The translations under genes and the position numbers were made by a program. This document shows positions 6,525 to 9,310 of a stretch of 9,310 bases of DNA, piece by piece. This stretch comes from a virus. Its lineage: Duplodnaviria; Heunggongvirae; Uroviricota; Caudoviricetes. The first letter of the stretch is position 1; each line of letters begins with the position of its first letter. The notes beneath the pieces were generated by a model. It saw only the letters and a program-made list of their open reading frames with translations, was not told the origin of the DNA and ran no database searches. The DNA lies in the IMG/VR virus record IMGVR_UViG_2663762948_000005; one strand, written 5' to 3'.

Positions 6525-7326
6525 GCAACCACCAATCGCAAAAGCCGATCTGCAAAAAACTCAGGGAAACCGTGCACCAGCAGCAGTTAAAAATAGCGAC
6601 GTGATTAGTTTTATTAACCAGCCATCAATGAAAGAGCAACTGGCAGCAGCTCTTCCACGCCATATGACGGCTGAACGTATGATCCGTATCGCCACCACAG
6701 AAATTCGTAAAGTTCCGGCGTTAGGAAACTGTGACACTATGAGTTTTGTCAGTGCGATCGTACAGTGTTCACAGCTCGGACTTGAGCCAGGTAGCGCCCT
6801 CGGTCATGCATATTTACTGCCTTTTGGTAATAAAAACGAAAAGAGCGGTAAAAAGAACGTTCAGCTAATCATTGGCTATCGCGGCATGATTGATCTGGCT
6901 CGCCGTTCTGGTCAAATCGCCAGCCTGTCAGCCCGTGTTGTCCGTGAAGGTGACGAGTTTAGCTTCGAATTTGGCCTTGATGAAAAGTTAATACACCGCC
7001 CGGGAGAAAACGAAGATGCCCCGGTTACCCACGTCTATGCTGTCGCAAGACTGAAAGACGGAGGTACTCAGTTTGAAGTTATGACGCGCAAACAGATTGA
7101 GCTGGTGCGCAGCCTGAGTAAAGCTGGTAATAACGGGCCGTGGGTAACTCACTGGGAAGAAATGGCAAAGAAAACGGCTATTCGTCGCCTGTTCAAATAT
7201 CTGCCCGTATCAATTGAGATCCAGCGTGCAGTATCAATGGATGAAAAGGAACCACTGACAATCGATCCTGCAGATTCCTCTGTATTAACCGGGGAATACA
7301 GTGTAATCGATAATTCAGAGGAATAA
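6517..7326 (+). CDS. recT: RecT, single-strand annealing recombinase, 269 aa
   Basis: ATG at 6517 with AAGGA 8 nt upstream; the track start at 6460 is an over-extension. Translation [42 protein letters not shown]... matches my recollection of K-12 RecT. Overlaps the recE 3' end (ATGACTAA). Confidence 0.9.
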   Translation: MTKQPPIAKADLQKTQGNRAPAAVKNSDVISFINQPSMKEQLAAALPRHMTAERMIRIATTEIRKVPALGNCDTMSFVSAIVQCSQLGLEPGSALGHAYLLPFGNKNEKSGKKNVQLIIGYRGMIDLARRSGQIASLSARVVREGDEFSFEFGLDEKLIHRPGENEDAPVTHVYAVARLKDGGTQFEVMTRKQIELVRSLSKAGNNGPWVTHWEEMAKKTAIRRLFKYLPVSIEIQRAVSMDEKEPLTIDPADSSVLTGEYSVIDNSEE

Positions 7327-7334
7327 TTCAGCCT

Positions 7335-7353
7335 GGCGGTGTAATGCACCGCC
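7335..7353 (+). other. 7-bp stem / 5-nt loop hairpin immediately after recT
   Basis: ggcggtg (7335-7341), loop taatg, caccgcc (7347-7353). A TTTTTT run (7365-7370) lies 11 nt downstream, not adjacent. Possible attenuator or RNA-processing element in front of ralR. Confidence 0.3.
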
Positions 7354-7382
7354 AACTTGAAATATTTTTTATGAGAAAAATT

Positions 7383-7577
7383 ATGAGATATGACAATGTT
7401 AAACCATGTCCATTTTGTGGTTGTCCATCAGTAACGGTGAAAGCCATTTCAGGATATTACCGAGCGAAGTGTAACGGATGCGAATCCCGAACCGGTTATG
7501 GTGGAAGTGAAAAAGAAGCACTCGAAAGATGGAATAAACGAACCACTGGAAATAATAATGGAGGTGTTCATGTATAA
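7383..7577 (+). CDS. ralR: RalR (Lar), restriction alleviation protein / DNase toxin of the RalR-RalA type I TA system, 64 aa
   Basis: ATG at 7383; the track start at 7344 is an over-extension. Translation MRYDNVKPCPFCGCPSVTVKAISGYYRAKCNGCESRTGYGGSEKEALERWNKRTTGNNNGGVHV matches my recollection of K-12 RalR. Has a CxxC...CxxC zinc-ribbon-like pattern. Confidence 0.75.
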   Translation: MRYDNVKPCPFCGCPSVTVKAISGYYRAKCNGCESRTGYGGSEKEALERWNKRTTGNNNGGVHV

Positions 7578-7779
7578 AATTACCGCCACTATTGAAAAGG
7601 AAGGTGGCACTCCTACTAACTGGACAAGATATTCAAAATCTAAACTAACGAAATCAGAATGCGAAAAAATGCTCTCAGGTAAAAAAGAAGCAGGCGTTTC
7701 CAGAGAGCAGAAAGTAAAACTGATAAATTTTAATTGCGAGAAACTTCAGTCCTCGAGAATTGCATTGTATTCAAATTAA
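7570..7779 (+). CDS. ydaC: YdaC, small Rac prophage protein, 69 aa
   Basis: ATG at 7570 with GGAGG 5 nt upstream; overlaps the ralR 3' end by 8 bp. Translation MYKITATIEKEGGTPTNWTRYSKSKLTKSECEKMLSGKKEAGVSREQKVKLINFNCEKLQSSRIALYSN matches my recollection of K-12 YdaC. Confidence 0.7.
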   Translation: MYKITATIEKEGGTPTNWTRYSKSKLTKSECEKMLSGKKEAGVSREQKVKLINFNCEKLQSSRIALYSN

Positions 7780-7790
7780 AACTTCATAGC

Positions 7791-7806
7791 TGATTATTAA
7801 TAATCA
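7791..7806. promoter_or_regulatory. perfect 16-bp AT-rich palindrome TGATTATTAATAATCA between ydaC and xis
   Basis: Read directly; its reverse complement is identical. Lies 52 bp upstream of the xis start. Candidate protein-binding site; function unknown. Confidence 0.4.
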
Positions 7807-7857
7807 ACATCGGGCGTCAATTTCAGTCTAACATTGGCGCCTGCCAGAGGTGATGCG

Positions 7858-8073
7858 ATGGCACAAGTAATCTTTAATGAAGAGTGGATGGTTGAATACG
7901 GCCTGATGCTTCGCACTGGTCTGGGGGCCAGACAAATTGAAGCATACCGCCAGAACTGTTGGGTGGAGGGCTTCCACTTCAAACGAGTATCTCCTTTAGG
8001 TAAGCCAGACAGCAAACGAGGGATTATCTGGTACAACTATCCAAAGATAAATCAGTTTATCAAAGACTCATGA
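7858..8073 (+). CDS. xisR: excisionase-like protein (YdaQ / XisR), 71 aa
   Basis: ATG at 7858 with AGAGG 7 nt upstream; the track start at 7834 is an over-extension. Small basic protein directly upstream of and coupled to the integrase (TGAtATG). Sequence [41 protein letters not shown]... matches my recollection of K-12 YdaQ. Confidence 0.7.
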   Translation: MAQVIFNEEWMVEYGLMLRTGLGARQIEAYRQNCWVEGFHFKRVSPLGKPDSKRGIIWYNYPKINQFIKDS

Positions 8074-8074
8074 T

Positions 8075-9310
8075 ATGTCTAAATTACCAACAGGTGTCGA
8101 GATTAGAGGTAGATACATTCGCATCTGGTTCATGTTTCGAGGAAAACGATGTCGGGAAACATTAAAAGGCTGGGAGATTACAAACAGTAATATTAAAAAG
8201 GCCGGAAATTTAAGATCGCTGATAGTTCATGAAATAAACTCCGGTGAATTTGAGTATTTAAGACGTTTTCCCCAGTCCAGCACTGGGGCAAAAATGGTGA
8301 CAACGAGAGTCATAAAAACGTTCGGAGAGCTTTGTGATATCTGGACAAAAATTAAAGAGACAGAGTTAACAACAAACACAATGAAGAAAACGAAATCACA
8401 ATTAAAAACACTCAGAATAATAATTTGTGAAAGTACCCCGATATCACATATTCGTTATAGCGATATCTTAAACTACCGGAATGAACTGCTGCATGGAGAA
8501 ACGCTTTACCTGGATAATCCAAGATCCAACAAAAAAGGAAGAACCGTGCGCACAGTTGATAACTATATCGCCCTGCTCTGTTCGCTGTTGCGTTTTGCGT
8601 ATCAGTCGGGATTTATATCAACTAAACCATTTGAAGGAGTAAAAAAATTACAGCGAAACAGAATAAAGCCTGATCCGTTATCTAAAACAGAATTCAATGC
8701 ATTAATGGAAAGTGAAAAAGGACAGAGCCAGAACTTGTGGAAATTTGCCGTTTACTCAGGACTTCGTCACGGGGAACTGGCAGCTCTGGCGTGGGAGGAT
8801 GTGGATCTCGAAAAGGGAATAGTGAATGTCAGAAGAAACCTGACGATACTTGATATGTTCGGTCCCCCAAAAACAAATGCCGGGATCCGAACAGTAACAC
8901 TACTGCAGCCTGCTCTTGAAGCACTGAAGGAGCAATACAAACTGACCGGGCATCATCGCAAAAGCGAAATCACCTTTTATCATCGGGAGTACGGCAGAAC
9001 CGAAAAGCAAAAACTGCATTTTGTTTTCATGCCCAGGGTGTGTAACGGAAAACAAAAACCTTATTACTCGGTAAGCAGTTTGGGGGCAAGGTGGAATGCA
9101 GCAGTAAAACGTGCTGGTATTCGCCGCCGTAATCCGTACCATACGCGGCATACTTTTGCCTGCTGGCTGTTGACGGCAGGAGCGAACCCGGCATTTATAG
9201 CCAGCCAAATGGGGCATGAAACTGCGCAGATGGTGTATGAAATTTACGGTATGTGGATTGATGACATGAACGACGAACAGATAGCCATGTTGAATGCGCG
9301 GTTATCGTAG
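8075..9310 (+). CDS. intR: Rac prophage tyrosine integrase, 411 aa
   Basis: ORF starts 1 nt after the xis stop. The C-terminus contains ...HTRHTFACWLL... and ...MVYEIYG..., consistent with the tyrosine recombinase catalytic region. Matches my recollection of K-12 IntR. The stop is the final codon of the window. Confidence 0.9.
   Translation: MSKLPTGVEIRGRYIRIWFMFRGKRCRETLKGWEITNSNIKKAGNLRSLIVHEINSGEFEYLRRFPQSSTGAKMVTTRVIKTFGELCDIWTKIKETELTTNTMKKTKSQLKTLRIIICESTPISHIRYSDILNYRNELLHGETLYLDNPRSNKKGRTVRTVDNYIALLCSLLRFAYQSGFISTKPFEGVKKLQRNRIKPDPLSKTEFNALMESEKGQSQNLWKFAVYSGLRHGELAALAWEDVDLEKGIVNVRRNLTILDMFGPPKTNAGIRTVTLLQPALEALKEQYKLTGHHRKSEITFYHREYGRTEKQKLHFVFMPRVCNGKQKPYYSVSSLGARWNAAVKRAGIRRRNPYHTRHTFACWLLTAGANPAFIASQMGHETAQMVYEIYGMWIDDMNDEQIAMLNARLS

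Larger units (their letters stand above)
1..9310. mobile_element. Segment of a Rac-type lambdoid (cryptic) prophage: replication/immunity module, superinfection exclusion, RecET recombination module, xis-int
   Basis: Gene order and protein sequences match what I recall for E. coli K-12 Rac (sieB, kilR, ydaE, racC, recE, recT, ralR, ydaC, ydaQ, intR). The integrase lies at the right edge with its stop at 9308-9310, so the att site is outside the window. No search was run. Confidence 0.8.

Noticed and set aside
7149-7355. 68-aa minus-strand ORF
   Set aside because: Antisense to the recT 3' end; could only matter if an antisense RNA lies here, which I cannot establish.
7797-8036. 79-aa minus-strand ORF
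   Set aside because: Antisense to xis.
8900-9217. 105-aa minus-strand ORF
   Set aside because: Antisense to the integrase gene; Cys/Arg-rich artefact.
9250-9310. Attachment site or prophage boundary inside the window
   Set aside because: The window ends at the int stop codon; no flanking host sequence or core repeat is available to call attL/attR.

Overview
This window is the early/immunity, recombination and integration arm of a Rac-type lambdoid prophage of Escherichia coli, read here on the opposite strand to the usual K-12 map. Gene identities rest on my recall of K-12 Rac protein sequences plus start/stop and ribosome-binding-site inspection; no database search was run. Left to right: a hypothetical 140-aa gene and a replication-initiator-like gene (both minus strand), YdaT-like and YdaS-like genes (minus), a divergent RacR-like repressor (plus), ydaG and ydaF (plus), sieB (minus), then a long plus-strand operon kilR-ydaE-racC-recE-recT-ralR-ydaC-xis-int. 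The integrase stop codon is the last base of the window, so the attachment site lies beyond it. Three things stand out. First, recE is broken: the N-terminal 183 codons and the C-terminal exonuclease domain are both present but in different reading frames and about 1.2 kb shorter than I recall for K-12 recE. Second, nine (C)GTGAC hexamers at 10-11 bp spacing sit in two clusters inside the replication-initiator gene, which looks like an embedded origin. Third, five copies of a 12-bp palindromic motif (TACC-N4-GGTA) flank the repressor gene in a lambda-like switch layout, and the repressor appears to be leaderless. No tRNA, rRNA, CRISPR array or insertion sequence is evident.
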